64,000 nt of DNA from Lentimicrobiaceae bacterium (GCA_041753535.1 JBGSUB010000003.1:5905-69904); one strand, 5' to 3'; positions 1-11,479 are shown, counted from the first letter of the stretch. Notes: a model not told the origin generated them from the sequence alone. Made by a program: numbers and translations.

Positions 1-270
1 TAACGATTATATCGTTCGCGATGCAAATATACATCTAATTTTTATATCGCAAGAGATACAAATAGAAAAAACAAAATAAATTTCTTTAAAAAACTTTATT
101 TCTTGTTATAATATTGTAAATCAAGTTGTTATATTTATGATGTATACGATCTAAATCTGTCAGATAGTGCTATTGAGGATAAAGAAGTTGTAAATACCTC
201 AAACTCATGTATTCATTTTTTGAAAATCGGTACTGAGATTCATAGTTTAGACTGGATTAATTGTTTTTCA

Positions 271-302
271 AAAAAAAGAGGTGCCAGAAGCACCTCTTTT
301 TT
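271..302 (-). terminator. Intrinsic terminator after the 1-Cys peroxiredoxin gene (symmetrical, could act in both directions)
   Basis: GAGGTGC (278-284) pairs with GCACCTC (290-296), 5-nt loop, flanked by A7 (271-277) and T6 (297-302); 12 nt past the stop of the CDS ending at 314. Confidence 0.75.
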
Positions 303-313
303 AAATCGAAAAG

Positions 314-1021
314 TTACTTTTTCAGAATTGTGTTCAGCACGGTTTCCTTGTCAATCTTCTTCGTACAGAAAAACCAATCGTAGCATTTCATTTCCTCTTT
401 GCCTTCCATGCGATCCTTGGCTGTGCCACACGAACCGGCCGGAGGAACAATTACATCTTCGCCCGGGCGCCAGTCAGCCGGGGTAGCAATGGAAAAAGCA
501 TCGGCGGTTTGCATTGCGATCAGAGCCCTGTACAACTCATCGAAATTTCGGCCTAAACTTAACGGATAATAGATAATAGCACGGATAATTCCTTTCGGGT
601 CAACAAAAAATACAGCTCTCACTGCTTTGGTGCTGCTTTCGCCAGGCATCATCATTCCGTACTTTTTAGCCACTTCCATTGTAATGTCCTCGATCAGCGG
701 GAATTTTACTTCCACATCTTTCATTCCTTTGTACTCGATCTTTTCCTTGATAGTCCGCAGCCATGCAATATGGCTGTATAGTCCGTCGACCGAAAGGCCA
801 ACCAGTTTGCAGTTAGCTTCCGCGAATTTGGATTCAAGACTGGCGAAAGTCATAAACTCAGAAGTACATACCGGAGTAAAATCAGCCGGATGACTAAACA
901 GAATAGCCCAGCTTCCTTTGTATTCCGAAGGAAAATTAATTTCTCCTTGTGTTGTTACAGCCTTAAATTCCGGGGCTGCTTCGCCAATGCGTGGCATGGC
1001 AATAAATTGATTTTCGTCCAT
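314..1021 (-). CDS. Peroxiredoxin, 1-Cys/Prx6-like
   Basis: 235 aa; thioredoxin-fold Prx signature FSHPADFTPVCTSEF around the peroxidatic Cys; no obvious resolving Cys partner. Confidence 0.9.
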   Translation of the reverse strand: MDENQFIAMPRIGEAAPEFKAVTTQGEINFPSEYKGSWAILFSHPADFTPVCTSEFMTFASLESKFAEANCKLVGLSVDGLYSHIAWLRTIKEKIEYKGMKDVEVKFPLIEDITMEVAKKYGMMMPGESSTKAVRAVFFVDPKGIIRAIIYYPLSLGRNFDELYRALIAMQTADAFSIATPADWRPGEDVIVPPAGSCGTAKDRMEGKEEMKCYDWFFCTKKIDKETVLNTILKK

Positions 1022-1267
1022 AATGGTTTAAAATTATTAGATTAAGTATTTATTTTTCACTATTAACTATTCATTATTCACTATTCTGTTGGCCTTCCAG
1101 CTGCAACACTTTTGTCATGTTCAATTGATTGTAATGCAAGATAATTATCGCCGGATTTTTCGAGGTTAACAGCATACAAATTCAGTTTTGCACTACTTCG
1201 GGCTTCCGACTCCTGACTTCCTGCCTTTTAATTCCAATTCCATTGAACTCCTAGCAGAACCCCAAAA

Positions 1268-3478
<2,211 letters not shown>

Positions 3479-3510
3479 TCAGTCTTTGTTAGTTAATAAA
3501 TGATGGCTGA

Positions 3511-3927
3511 TTATTTTTTGAACTTCCCAATAATCTGAAGCTTTATATCCGCAATTTCGAAATCAGGGATACCTTTCTTTTCAAAGTAGTTACCGATCAT
3601 TTCGTTCAGGTCTTTATCAAAATAATCTTCGATCCGGTCTGATTCGGCACAATATAAATGATGGTGATTTTCGGTAATGGCATCGTAGCGCATAATATCC
3701 CTGTCTGTTTTAACCTTTTTTATTAAATCGTTACCCGCCAGGGCGTCCAACACTTTGTAAACAGTTGCTGTTGCGATATTGGGATAGTTTCGCCTGATAT
3801 ACTCAATAATATTCTCAGCGGTAGGATGATTATTGAGTTTGACAATAGCTTCAAGTATAATGATCCTCTGAGGAGTGATTTTGAGTCCTTTCTCAACAAG
3901 CTTGTTTCTGATTTCAGTGGCAGTCAT
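3511..3927 (-). CDS. Fur-family metalloregulator (PerR-like by context)
   Basis: 138 aa; winged-helix ITPQRIIILE...TVYKVLD and HHHLYC metal-site motif; 35 nt upstream of katG on the same strand. Confidence 0.85.
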   Translation of the reverse strand: MTATEIRNKLVEKGLKITPQRIIILEAIVKLNNHPTAENIIEYIRRNYPNIATATVYKVLDALAGNDLIKKVKTDRDIMRYDAITENHHHLYCAESDRIEDYFDKDLNEMIGNYFEKKGIPDFEIADIKLQIIGKFKK

Positions 3928-3944
3928 AAATAGTTATTATTAAA

Positions 3945-3959
3945 TGAGAATTATTCTCT
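3945..3959. promoter_or_regulatory. Fur/PerR-box-like 7-1-7 palindrome (candidate autoregulatory operator)
   Basis: TGAGAAT-T-ATTCTCT (perfect 6-1-6 core GAGAAT/ATTCTC); overlaps a second palindrome TCTTATAAGA (3957-3966); lies between the -7 box (3972-3979) and the fur-family start codon. Confidence 0.5.
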
Positions 3960-3971
3960 TATAAGAATGAG

Positions 3972-3979
3972 CAAAATTA
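3972..3979 (-). promoter_or_regulatory. Bacteroidota-type -7 promoter box (TAnnTTTG)
   Basis: TAATTTTG on minus strand, 44 nt upstream of ATG 3927. Confidence 0.5.
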
Positions 3980-4136
3980 GAACATTTTTGGGCAAAATGC
4001 AAGCGTACTGGTAAATAAATTGCTAAAAGAATTGAATCAGTGTAAAGTAATGATATTCAGTTATATATAAGATGTTAATTATGGATGATTTGAGAATATG
4101 ACCTTAAGTAGATGCAGGTGTGCAAACTTTACTGAT

Positions 4137-4361
4137 TTACACTTTCCCCTTACGCATAGGATATGACACCATAGTTTTTTGTAAAGTGCTGTTTTTACTG
4201 GTCGAATCGCAGCTCTTTTTTATATTCTTAAGATCGCAACCCGTGCATCCTCCGCAGGCATTGTTCGGCTTTTTTCCCGGGCGTATTGATCGGTAGACTG
4301 ACCAAACTGTGTATGCAAGCGCTGCTAAAATAATTATTGCTACAATGATATTCTGAACCAT
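4137..4361 (-). CDS. FeoB-associated Cys-rich small membrane protein
   Basis: Start moved to MVQNIIVAIIILAALAYTVW (one TM) followed by CGGCTGC; begins 10 nt after the feoAB stop; the longer ORF-track start would overlap feoB. Confidence 0.6.
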   Translation of the reverse strand: MVQNIIVAIIILAALAYTVWSVYRSIRPGKKPNNACGGCTGCDLKNIKKSCDSTSKNSTLQKTMVSYPMRKGKV

Positions 4362-4371
4362 AGGTTTATTT

Positions 4372-6900
4372 TTAAAATAAACTGCCAATCTGGTATGTCG
4401 CAAGTGCTACAAGCCATGCCAATACCGTTGTATAAACCATGGTAAAAGCCGCCCAACCCCAGTTTGCTTCGCGTTTTACGGCGGCAATTACGGCTATACA
4501 TGGAAAATATATCAGTACAAACAACATAAGCGAGAACGCTACCAAAGGCGAAAAAACTTTTTCACCAATCCTTGGTCCGCTTGTAAATACTTGTTGCTGC
4601 AATTTTTTCTGAAGTCCAACCGAAGTTTCGTCAGCTTCCAGATCCGATTGATACAACACACCCATGGAACCGATCAGTATTTCTTTAGCTGCAAGCCCGG
4701 TGATGATGCTTACGCCGATTTTCCAGTCAAAGCCCAAGGGAGAGATAACAGGGGTAATAAAATGCCCGATTTGCCCGATATAGGATTTCTCCATGCGTTC
4801 CGACTCATGCGCAATGGCAAGCCTGGTGATTTGCACTTCTTTGATGCTGTCACTAAGCGTTATATCATTTTGTGTTTGCTGAATGCTTGCATCGTATTTT
4901 GCCGAATTTTCCGTATTCCTCGGGAAATAGCCAAGCGCCCAGATCAGGATGGAAGCAAACAGGATAACCGTTCCCATTTTGGTGAGGTACTGAACACTTT
5001 TATTCCACATATGAATACTTGTGTTGCGGAGAGTTGGCATGCGGTAGGGTGGGAGTTCCATTACAAACGGAACTTCGGCTTTTTGAAAAAATATCTTTTT
5101 AAAGACCAAAGCCATAACAATTGCAAGCACCACGCCAATCAGGTAAATTGTAAGTAATACCAAGCCTTGCTTTACAGGGAAAAACGCCGATATCAGCAAT
5201 ATATAAACCGGTAATCGCGCGCTACACGACATAAACGGAATAATAAGCATGGTGAGCAGACGGTCCTTGCGGTTTTCCAGTGTTCGTGTTGCCATAATTG
5301 CCGGTACATTGCAGCCGAAGCCCATAAGCAGAGGAATAAACGATTTGCCGTGCAGCCCGATTTTATACATGAGCTTGTCCATAATAAAGGCAGCGCGAGC
5401 CATATAGCCAGTATCTTCCATCAGCGAAATGCAAAAGAATAGAATCAGGATATTAGGCAGGAATACTATAACACCGCCAACTCCGCCAATGATACCATCA
5501 ATAATCAGGTCGTGAAGGGCACCTTCGGGCATCGCATTTCCAATTGTATCACTCAGCCATCCGAGGCCCATATCAATCCAGTCCATGGGATAGCTGCCAA
5601 GGGTAAAAGTAACCTGGAACATAGCCCACATAAAGAACAGGAATACAGGGAATCCAAGCCATTTATGCGTTAATATCGAATCGGCATCATGTCCGGCTTT
5701 CCTTTTCAGTTCAGGCGACAGTTGATAGGTTTCTTTTAAAGCACCTTTGATAAAAGCATATTTGGCGTCGGTGAATATGGTTTCGGTTTTCTCGCTATAG
5801 GCTTTTTCCAGACGGTTTTGCTCTCTTCGGGCAGTTTCAATGATTGCAGAAGTGCCTGGCAATTCCGAAAGCGACTTAAACGTATGCGAATCGTTTTCGA
5901 GTAATTTAATGGCCAGGTAAAGCGAGTGGTAGCGGTCGGTAAGAGACTTGTCTTTGTCGATCAGCAGGGTGATTTGTTCGATCGAATGATTGATTTCATA
6001 TCCATAATTAACGTGCACATGACGTACCGTTTTTTCGGTATCGGTATAAACCTCAATTACTTTCTGTAGCACATCGTCAATACCTTTTCCTTTGGAAGCA
6101 ATGCAAGGCACAATGGGAATGCCAATCATTTTGCCCAGCATTTTATAATCGAAACGATCGCCTTTGTTCTCCAACTCATCATACATATTAAGCGCAATTA
6201 CCACTTTGATATCCATATCGATAAGTTGTGTGGTAAGGTAAAGGTTGCGTTCGATGTTGGACGCATCAATTAAATTGATTACCACGTCAGGCATTTCGTC
6301 GGTGAGGTGATGCCGCACAAACAGTTCTTCGGGCGAATATTCCGAAATGGTATATGTTCCCGGCAGATCGGTGACAAATAGTGTATACTCGTTTTTCCTG
6401 AGCTTTGCTGTTTTTAAATCAACCGTAACACCGCCGTAATTTCCTACCCTTTCGTTCTTGCCTGTGGCATAATTGAACAAAGTCGTTTTCCCGCAATTGG
6501 GATTGCCAACCAACGCCACATGGATATGATGACTTTTTTCCTGCAGTGTTTCAATGATAGTATGTGAGCTATATGTTCCATTGTATTCTTTTTCGGCCAG
6601 GTTGGCAGCCTCAGCCGGGAGTATTTCAATAAGCCGGGCCTCACTTCTGCGTAACGAAACCCTGTAGCCCATCAATTCATATTCAGCCGGATCCTGCAAT
6701 GGCGCTTTTTTTATTGCTTTTATCACGGTGCCCGAAACGAATCCCATTTCTGTAATTCGTTTGCGGAAGGCACCATAACCTCTCACTTTTGTTATGTAGG
6801 CTGATTCACCGTTTTCAAGGTCGGATAAAAACCGGTCGGTAACTGCATGATCACTCAGTTTTACATCTGGCTGTATTTCAATCTTTTCTATAGGATTCAA
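4372..6900 (-). CDS. feoB: Ferrous iron transporter, FeoA-FeoB fusion
   Basis: 842 aa; N-terminal FeoA SH3-like domain (YITKVRG...GFVSGTVIKAI), G-domain GNPNCGKTTLFN, C-terminal polytopic permease. Confidence 0.95.
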   Translation of the reverse strand: MNPIEKIEIQPDVKLSDHAVTDRFLSDLENGESAYITKVRGYGAFRKRITEMGFVSGTVIKAIKKAPLQDPAEYELMGYRVSLRRSEARLIEILPAEAANLAEKEYNGTYSSHTIIETLQEKSHHIHVALVGNPNCGKTTLFNYATGKNERVGNYGGVTVDLKTAKLRKNEYTLFVTDLPGTYTISEYSPEELFVRHHLTDEMPDVVINLIDASNIERNLYLTTQLIDMDIKVVIALNMYDELENKGDRFDYKMLGKMIGIPIVPCIASKGKGIDDVLQKVIEVYTDTEKTVRHVHVNYGYEINHSIEQITLLIDKDKSLTDRYHSLYLAIKLLENDSHTFKSLSELPGTSAIIETARREQNRLEKAYSEKTETIFTDAKYAFIKGALKETYQLSPELKRKAGHDADSILTHKWLGFPVFLFFMWAMFQVTFTLGSYPMDWIDMGLGWLSDTIGNAMPEGALHDLIIDGIIGGVGGVIVFLPNILILFFCISLMEDTGYMARAAFIMDKLMYKIGLHGKSFIPLLMGFGCNVPAIMATRTLENRKDRLLTMLIIPFMSCSARLPVYILLISAFFPVKQGLVLLTIYLIGVVLAIVMALVFKKIFFQKAEVPFVMELPPYRMPTLRNTSIHMWNKSVQYLTKMGTVILFASILIWALGYFPRNTENSAKYDASIQQTQNDITLSDSIKEVQITRLAIAHESERMEKSYIGQIGHFITPVISPLGFDWKIGVSIITGLAAKEILIGSMGVLYQSDLEADETSVGLQKKLQQQVFTSGPRIGEKVFSPLVAFSLMLFVLIYFPCIAVIAAVKREANWGWAAFTMVYTTVLAWLVALATYQIGSLF

Positions 6901-6959
6901 GTTGCTGTGTTTTTTGTTTTGATAAAAATTGTAGTTTCTGCTACATCCTGAAGTATGCG

Positions 6960-8165
6960 TTAAAAATTCAGGTTAAACCTTAACATCCCAACCAATGCAT
7001 TAGCCAGAACTTCATCAGTTCCGGCAGGATGAATCACATATTGAAAATCAGGTTGGATGGAAAAGTTTTCGCCAATTTGTTTTTTGTAGTAGGCTTCAAT
7101 AGTTGTTTCGTTTTTCTTATAGGTTTTATTGAAACCTGCACAGGCAACGGCCACACCCAGTGCGTCATCCGGTTGTTTCTTCGAAATGCCCAAGTAATTT
7201 ATTCCGCCTCCTATATAGTAGTGATGGTTATTGATTGAGGCCGGACTCAAAGCAAGCTGAGCGAAAACGCCAATGTTCTTTTCACTGTCTTCTTTTTTCC
7301 ATACTGTTTGATCCGCAATAAAATAAAATCCATAATTATTATCGAATACTTCGGTTGTTTCTCCGGTTTCGGCATTTGTTTCTTTTAATCCTGAATGAAA
7401 ATAATAACCGGCTTTATAAGTGCCGGGCAGTTGAAATAAATCCGTTGACCAGTCGAGTTGGCCTAAAATTAAAGATCCATCTTCATTGCTGATATGCCAG
7501 TTGGTGTTGTAAACGTTATGCTCAAATGCGGTCGGGCATCCGTCGTAAATGGCTGCCGATAGTGAAACATTTTCTGTAAGATGAGTTTTAGTAGTTATTC
7601 CCAGGGCTGTTAAAGGAAAAATAGGAGCCGGTATATTGTCCGAAATTACCGGCGGAATTCCGAATGAACTGTTGATAAACATGCTCCCGTTATCACTTGC
7701 GGCAAATTCAATGTTCAGGTCCTGTAGACCGAAAGTAATTTCAAACCGGTTAAACTGGTGCTTGTACCAAAGCTCATGAATGTAAATATGATCGCCGGCA
7801 TCAATATTCGAAACCGCCTGAAAATCGCCTGCCAGCAGTTCAGTTGGAGATTTGCCATGTGTAACGGCACCGTTTATAAATAACTGCCCGCCTTTCCAGA
7901 GTTTTGCGTTTTGTGTGTCGAAACCTGCTTTCAGATTGGCCATTCCAAGGAATACAACCCCTGTTTTTATGCCTCCAAACATATTGGTGATGATATCGGC
8001 GGTGTAGGAAGTTTCTGTGGTGAATGCCTTTTGAAGTGTATGAAAACTGGTTTGATCTGAATTATCAGTGTTGTTGATTGAGGTTGAGTCGCTTGTGTTA
8101 GCTGTTCTGGCCTGGTATGCCATGAAATAAATCATCATTACTGAGAGTAGAAGCCTGGTTTTCAT
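6960..8165 (-). CDS. OprB-family (carbohydrate-selective type) outer-membrane porin
   Basis: Start set at MKTRLLLSVMMIYFMAYQA signal peptide; ELWYKHQF and FINSSFG blocks typical of the OprB family; C-terminal ...RFNLNF beta-barrel ending. Confidence 0.7.
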   Translation of the reverse strand: MKTRLLLSVMMIYFMAYQARTANTSDSTSINNTDNSDQTSFHTLQKAFTTETSYTADIITNMFGGIKTGVVFLGMANLKAGFDTQNAKLWKGGQLFINGAVTHGKSPTELLAGDFQAVSNIDAGDHIYIHELWYKHQFNRFEITFGLQDLNIEFAASDNGSMFINSSFGIPPVISDNIPAPIFPLTALGITTKTHLTENVSLSAAIYDGCPTAFEHNVYNTNWHISNEDGSLILGQLDWSTDLFQLPGTYKAGYYFHSGLKETNAETGETTEVFDNNYGFYFIADQTVWKKEDSEKNIGVFAQLALSPASINNHHYYIGGGINYLGISKKQPDDALGVAVACAGFNKTYKKNETTIEAYYKKQIGENFSIQPDFQYVIHPAGTDEVLANALVGMLRFNLNF

Positions 8166-8405
8166 TTTGCAGTGTTTGTGTGAAATACAAAGTGCAAAGT
8201 AATAACAGGCTGAAGGTAGCTGCAATCGCGTAAACTGATGATTTTTCGGAGTCAGTCTCCCTGATAATGGGGATGCCTGTATTAAGTAGCAAGGAAAGCC
8301 GGGATATTATTCTTGCATAAATGGCATAGATTAAATGGCCGGCTACGATGTGTGAAAACTACTTTTCAGAAAATGGTTAGTCAAAACAGTAAACCAAAAG
8401 CAGGT

Positions 8406-9221
8406 TTATCCTAACGCAACATCCAGAAGCATCATCGTTGCAAAACCTAACATGGCACCGATGGTGGATAAGTCTGTTTCATTGCCGGTTTGAGACTCGG
8501 GGATCAGTTCTTCAACCACCACGAAAATCATAGCGCCTGCAGCAAACGAAAGCGCATAAGGCAGTAGGGGAGTAACTGTTAAAACCAGGTATGCACCCAA
8601 TACGCCTGCAATAGGCTCAACTGCACCCGAAAGCTGACCATAGTTGAAGGCTTTCAACCTCGAAAACCCTTCTCTCCGCAATGGAATTGAAACCGCGGCT
8701 CCTTCAGGAAAATTCTGCAGCCCGATACCAATAGCAAGGGCAATTGCACCTGCCAGCAAACCTGTGTCCGGATTATGTGCCAGAGCCCCGAAAGCGACTC
8801 CAACCGCTAATCCTTCAGGAATATTGTGAAGTGTAATTGCCAATACAAGCAGTATACTCCGTTGCCATTGTGTTTTTATTCCTTCCGCTTTATCAACGGC
8901 CAGCCCCATATGTAAGTGAGGTAAAATCTTGTCGATCAGTAATAGAAAAGCTCCCCCGGATAAAAAACCTACCAGGGCCGGAACCCAGGGAATTGAACCA
9001 TTCTCTTCCGCCATTTCAATGGCAGGTTTCAGCAGCGACCAGAAACTGGCTGCAATCATTACTCCTGCTGCAAAACCCAGCATCGAATTAAGTATTTTTT
9101 TGTTTATACTTTTAAAGAAAAAAACCATAGAGGAGCCTAAGGCTGTCACAAACCAAGTAAACAGCGTTGCTCCCAGAGCCAGCAATATCGGGTTGTATTC
9201 AAGTAACCAATCAATTTTCAT
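8406..9221 (-). CDS. ZIP-family divalent metal transporter (ZupT/GufA-like)
   Basis: 271 aa, multi-TM; paired [10 protein letters not shown] and [10 protein letters not shown] motifs. Confidence 0.9.
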   Translation of the reverse strand: MKIDWLLEYNPILLALGATLFTWFVTALGSSMVFFFKSINKKILNSMLGFAAGVMIAASFWSLLKPAIEMAEENGSIPWVPALVGFLSGGAFLLLIDKILPHLHMGLAVDKAEGIKTQWQRSILLVLAITLHNIPEGLAVGVAFGALAHNPDTGLLAGAIALAIGIGLQNFPEGAAVSIPLRREGFSRLKAFNYGQLSGAVEPIAGVLGAYLVLTVTPLLPYALSFAAGAMIFVVVEELIPESQTGNETDLSTIGAMLGFATMMLLDVALG

Positions 9222-9233
9222 AGTTCTATTTGT

Positions 9234-10064
9234 TTAGTTTTTGTTTTTGGGAATATTCCAGCTGAAACCCACCGAAAAATAATTCATTTTTTGATTCAAA
9301 CCTAAGCCAAATGAAAAATCAAGTTGCAAATTTTCTCTTACAAGAATTGTTATTCCCGAATCAAAGTTTGATATCCAATCCGTAAATTGAACAACTTCGC
9401 CATAGGTTTCAACGTATGCTCCTATTCGTTTTGTAATGCCTGTTCCCAAGGCAACTGAGTAGGTTAAATATCCTGTTTCTGTATTAAAGTAATTGTAGCC
9501 TACATTGTAACCCAGGTCTAAAAAATTAGTCAGGCTATGCGAAATGGCTAGTTTATTCACGGTGCCTAAATTTCCGTTTGTTATGCTTACCGCTCCGCTT
9601 GGCAAAACAAGGTGCGAAATAAAAGCAATCTCGGTATTGATATCCGGATTCTTTAAAATTTGAATCTTCGCCCCCAGTTCCAGATCGCTTAATCCAAAGT
9701 TTTCCTCTGAAGTTTGTTCGTTTTCAAAGGAAATCAATTGTTCAACCAGTCTCAGTTCGATATTTTTAGTTAGTCCATATCTGAATAAAATGCTTGGTAT
9801 CAGAAGCAATTTCTGCGCACTGTTGTCTAAATGATAATTTCCACTCAATACGCCACACTCCATCTGGAAGCTTTTTAAAGGAATAGTAGTGGACGATTCA
9901 GTCTGATCTGGCCTGTCGGTAACAATTTCCGGCAAAGTTATTGCTTTAATTTGTTGGAATTCAGGTTGTTTATTACCTGAAATCACTGTTGATTGTGCTT
10001 CTGAATACTGCACAGTAAAAACAAGGAAAAGAGAAATTAGTATTTCAGGTATGATGGATTTCAT
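9234..10064 (-). CDS. Outer-membrane beta-barrel channel, MetA-pathway/phenol-degradation-like transporter family
   Basis: ATG at 10064 gives signal peptide MKSIIPEILISLFLVFTVQYSEA; DRPDQTES motif near the N-terminus, alternating beta-strand pattern, terminal aromatic residues; 12 nt upstream of the ZIP gene. Confidence 0.6.
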   Translation of the reverse strand: MKSIIPEILISLFLVFTVQYSEAQSTVISGNKQPEFQQIKAITLPEIVTDRPDQTESSTTIPLKSFQMECGVLSGNYHLDNSAQKLLLIPSILFRYGLTKNIELRLVEQLISFENEQTSEENFGLSDLELGAKIQILKNPDINTEIAFISHLVLPSGAVSITNGNLGTVNKLAISHSLTNFLDLGYNVGYNYFNTETGYLTYSVALGTGITKRIGAYVETYGEVVQFTDWISNFDSGITILVRENLQLDFSFGLGLNQKMNYFSVGFSWNIPKNKN

Positions 10065-10085
10065 GCTTTTTAAAAAATATGACTG

Positions 10086-10093
10086 CAAAACTA
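10086..10093 (-). promoter_or_regulatory. -7 promoter box (TAnnTTTG) for the OM-channel/ZIP operon
   Basis: TAGTTTTG on minus strand, 21 nt upstream of ATG 10064. Confidence 0.5.
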
Positions 10094-10098
10094 ATAAA

Positions 10099-10114
10099 GT
10101 TAGATGAACCTAAC
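10099..10114. promoter_or_regulatory. Dyad GTTAG-N6-CTAAC in a divergent promoter region (candidate DtxR/MntR operator)
   Basis: GTTAGATGAACCTAAC lies between the two opposed -7 boxes (10086-10093 and 10130-10145). Half-sites match the GTTAG/CTAAC core of the DtxR/IdeR consensus, but the spacing differs. Confidence 0.3.
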
Positions 10115-10129
10115 AAATAAAGTTTTAAA

Positions 10130-10145
10130 TATTTTTGTATTTTTG
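10130..10145 (+). promoter_or_regulatory. Two tandem -7 promoter boxes (TAnnTTTG)
   Basis: TATTTTTG TATTTTTG; 25 nt upstream of ATG 10171; the ORF-track TTG start (10135) lies inside the box. Confidence 0.5.
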
Positions 10146-10170
10146 TTGCATTATACCTGATCAACCCAAA

Positions 10171-10824
10171 ATGGTAAGCGCAACGGAAGAAAATTACTTA
10201 AAAGCTTTGTTAAAACTCACTTTCGAAAGTGAAGTAAATGAAGCAGGGACTAATGAATTGGCCGGACTTCTGGCATTGAAGCCTGCTACTGTTAACGATA
10301 TGCTTAAGAAGTTAAAGGAGAAGCAGTTGGTTGAATATGAAAAGTATGGAAAAATCACCTTGTCGCCACAAGGGAAGAAAATTGCAATAGAAGTTTTAAG
10401 AAAGCATCGTTTATGGGAAACCTTTTTATACAAAAAATTAAATTTTACCTGGGACGAAGTGCACGAAGTGGCTGAACAACTGGAGCATATACAATCAGTA
10501 AAGTTAATTGATAAGCTTGACGAATTTTTAGGTTTCCCTGAGTTTGATCCTCACGGTGAGCCCATCCCTGATTCGAAAGGGGAAATGAAGCAAAATATTA
10601 AAAATAATCTGTCGGAGGTTAAGGCTGGAAATAGTTGTAGAATGGTTTCTGTAAAGGATAATTCAAGCTCATTTTTACAATATGTTGATAAAGTTGGATT
10701 GGCGATAAACAGCCAGATACGGGTTGTATCGAAGCAGGAATATGATGCTCTGATGGTGATTGATGTAGGTGGGAAAACTTCTATAGTTAGCCAGAAATTT
10801 GCCGAAAATATTTATGTTGAATGA
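10171..10824 (+). CDS. DtxR/MntR-family metal-dependent repressor with C-terminal FeoA/SH3-like domain
   Basis: EENYLKALL..., HTH ELAGLLALKPATVNDMLKKL, dimerisation block RKHRLWETFL...HEVAEQLEH, C-terminal SH3-like segment. Confidence 0.9.
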   Translation: MVSATEENYLKALLKLTFESEVNEAGTNELAGLLALKPATVNDMLKKLKEKQLVEYEKYGKITLSPQGKKIAIEVLRKHRLWETFLYKKLNFTWDEVHEVAEQLEHIQSVKLIDKLDEFLGFPEFDPHGEPIPDSKGEMKQNIKNNLSEVKAGNSCRMVSVKDNSSSFLQYVDKVGLAINSQIRVVSKQEYDALMVIDVGGKTSIVSQKFAENIYVE

Positions 10825-10858
10825 TCAATCTTATCGACCGAAATAATAAATTTTGAGT

Positions 10859-11479
10859 CTATTCCGAATACGAATCGATTGAAATTATTTTATTTGAGAT
10901 GGCGTAAATTGTCAGTCCCGCCTGGCTTTTAATTCCTGTTTTCTGAATAATATTTTTTCGGTGGCTTACCACGGTATGTATACTGATATTGAGCTTATCG
11001 GCAATTTCCTTGTTCGACAATCCGTGTACCAACTGTATCAGAACCTCCATTTCGCGCTCGGTAATCTGTTCACTGACTTGATTTTCAGACACATGGGCTG
11101 CATCCTGGACTTGTTTGTAAATAGTGCCGATAACGGTTTCAGGAGTATCGGTAATATGTATCAGGCTGTCGAAAACTGAAAGTATTTCTTTATCAAAATA
11201 GGAATAAATAAGCCCGGTCCATTTGAATTGTGGACCTGTACGTTTCAGTTGTACAAAATGCCTGGTGTTGTTTTGAACCTGTGCCGGATTTAGTATTACA
11301 ATACCAATTTTTTCTTTCAGTCCCGGATGTTCGAGTTCTTCCATATTTTCGAGCCGGTACACCTGAAAATGATATTCTGAACGTAGCAAAACATTGGACA
11401 ATCCCTCGTAAATAATATGCGAAGGTTCTATTATGGCAATATGAATCAGGTGCTTAACCAATTTTTTCCTTGTTTTCAA
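10859..11479 (-). CDS. LuxR/FixJ-type DNA-binding regulator with degenerate (pseudo-)receiver domain
   Basis: C-terminal HTH ITEREMEVLIQLVHGLSNKEIADKLNISIHTVVSHRKNI. In the N-terminal REC-like fold the acidic pair is EP (IAIIEPSH) and the phospho-acceptor position reads ILNP (Asn, not Asp). Confidence 0.8.
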   Translation of the reverse strand: MKTRKKLVKHLIHIAIIEPSHIIYEGLSNVLLRSEYHFQVYRLENMEELEHPGLKEKIGIVILNPAQVQNNTRHFVQLKRTGPQFKWTGLIYSYFDKEILSVFDSLIHITDTPETVIGTIYKQVQDAAHVSENQVSEQITEREMEVLIQLVHGLSNKEIADKLNISIHTVVSHRKNIIQKTGIKSQAGLTIYAISNKIISIDSYSE

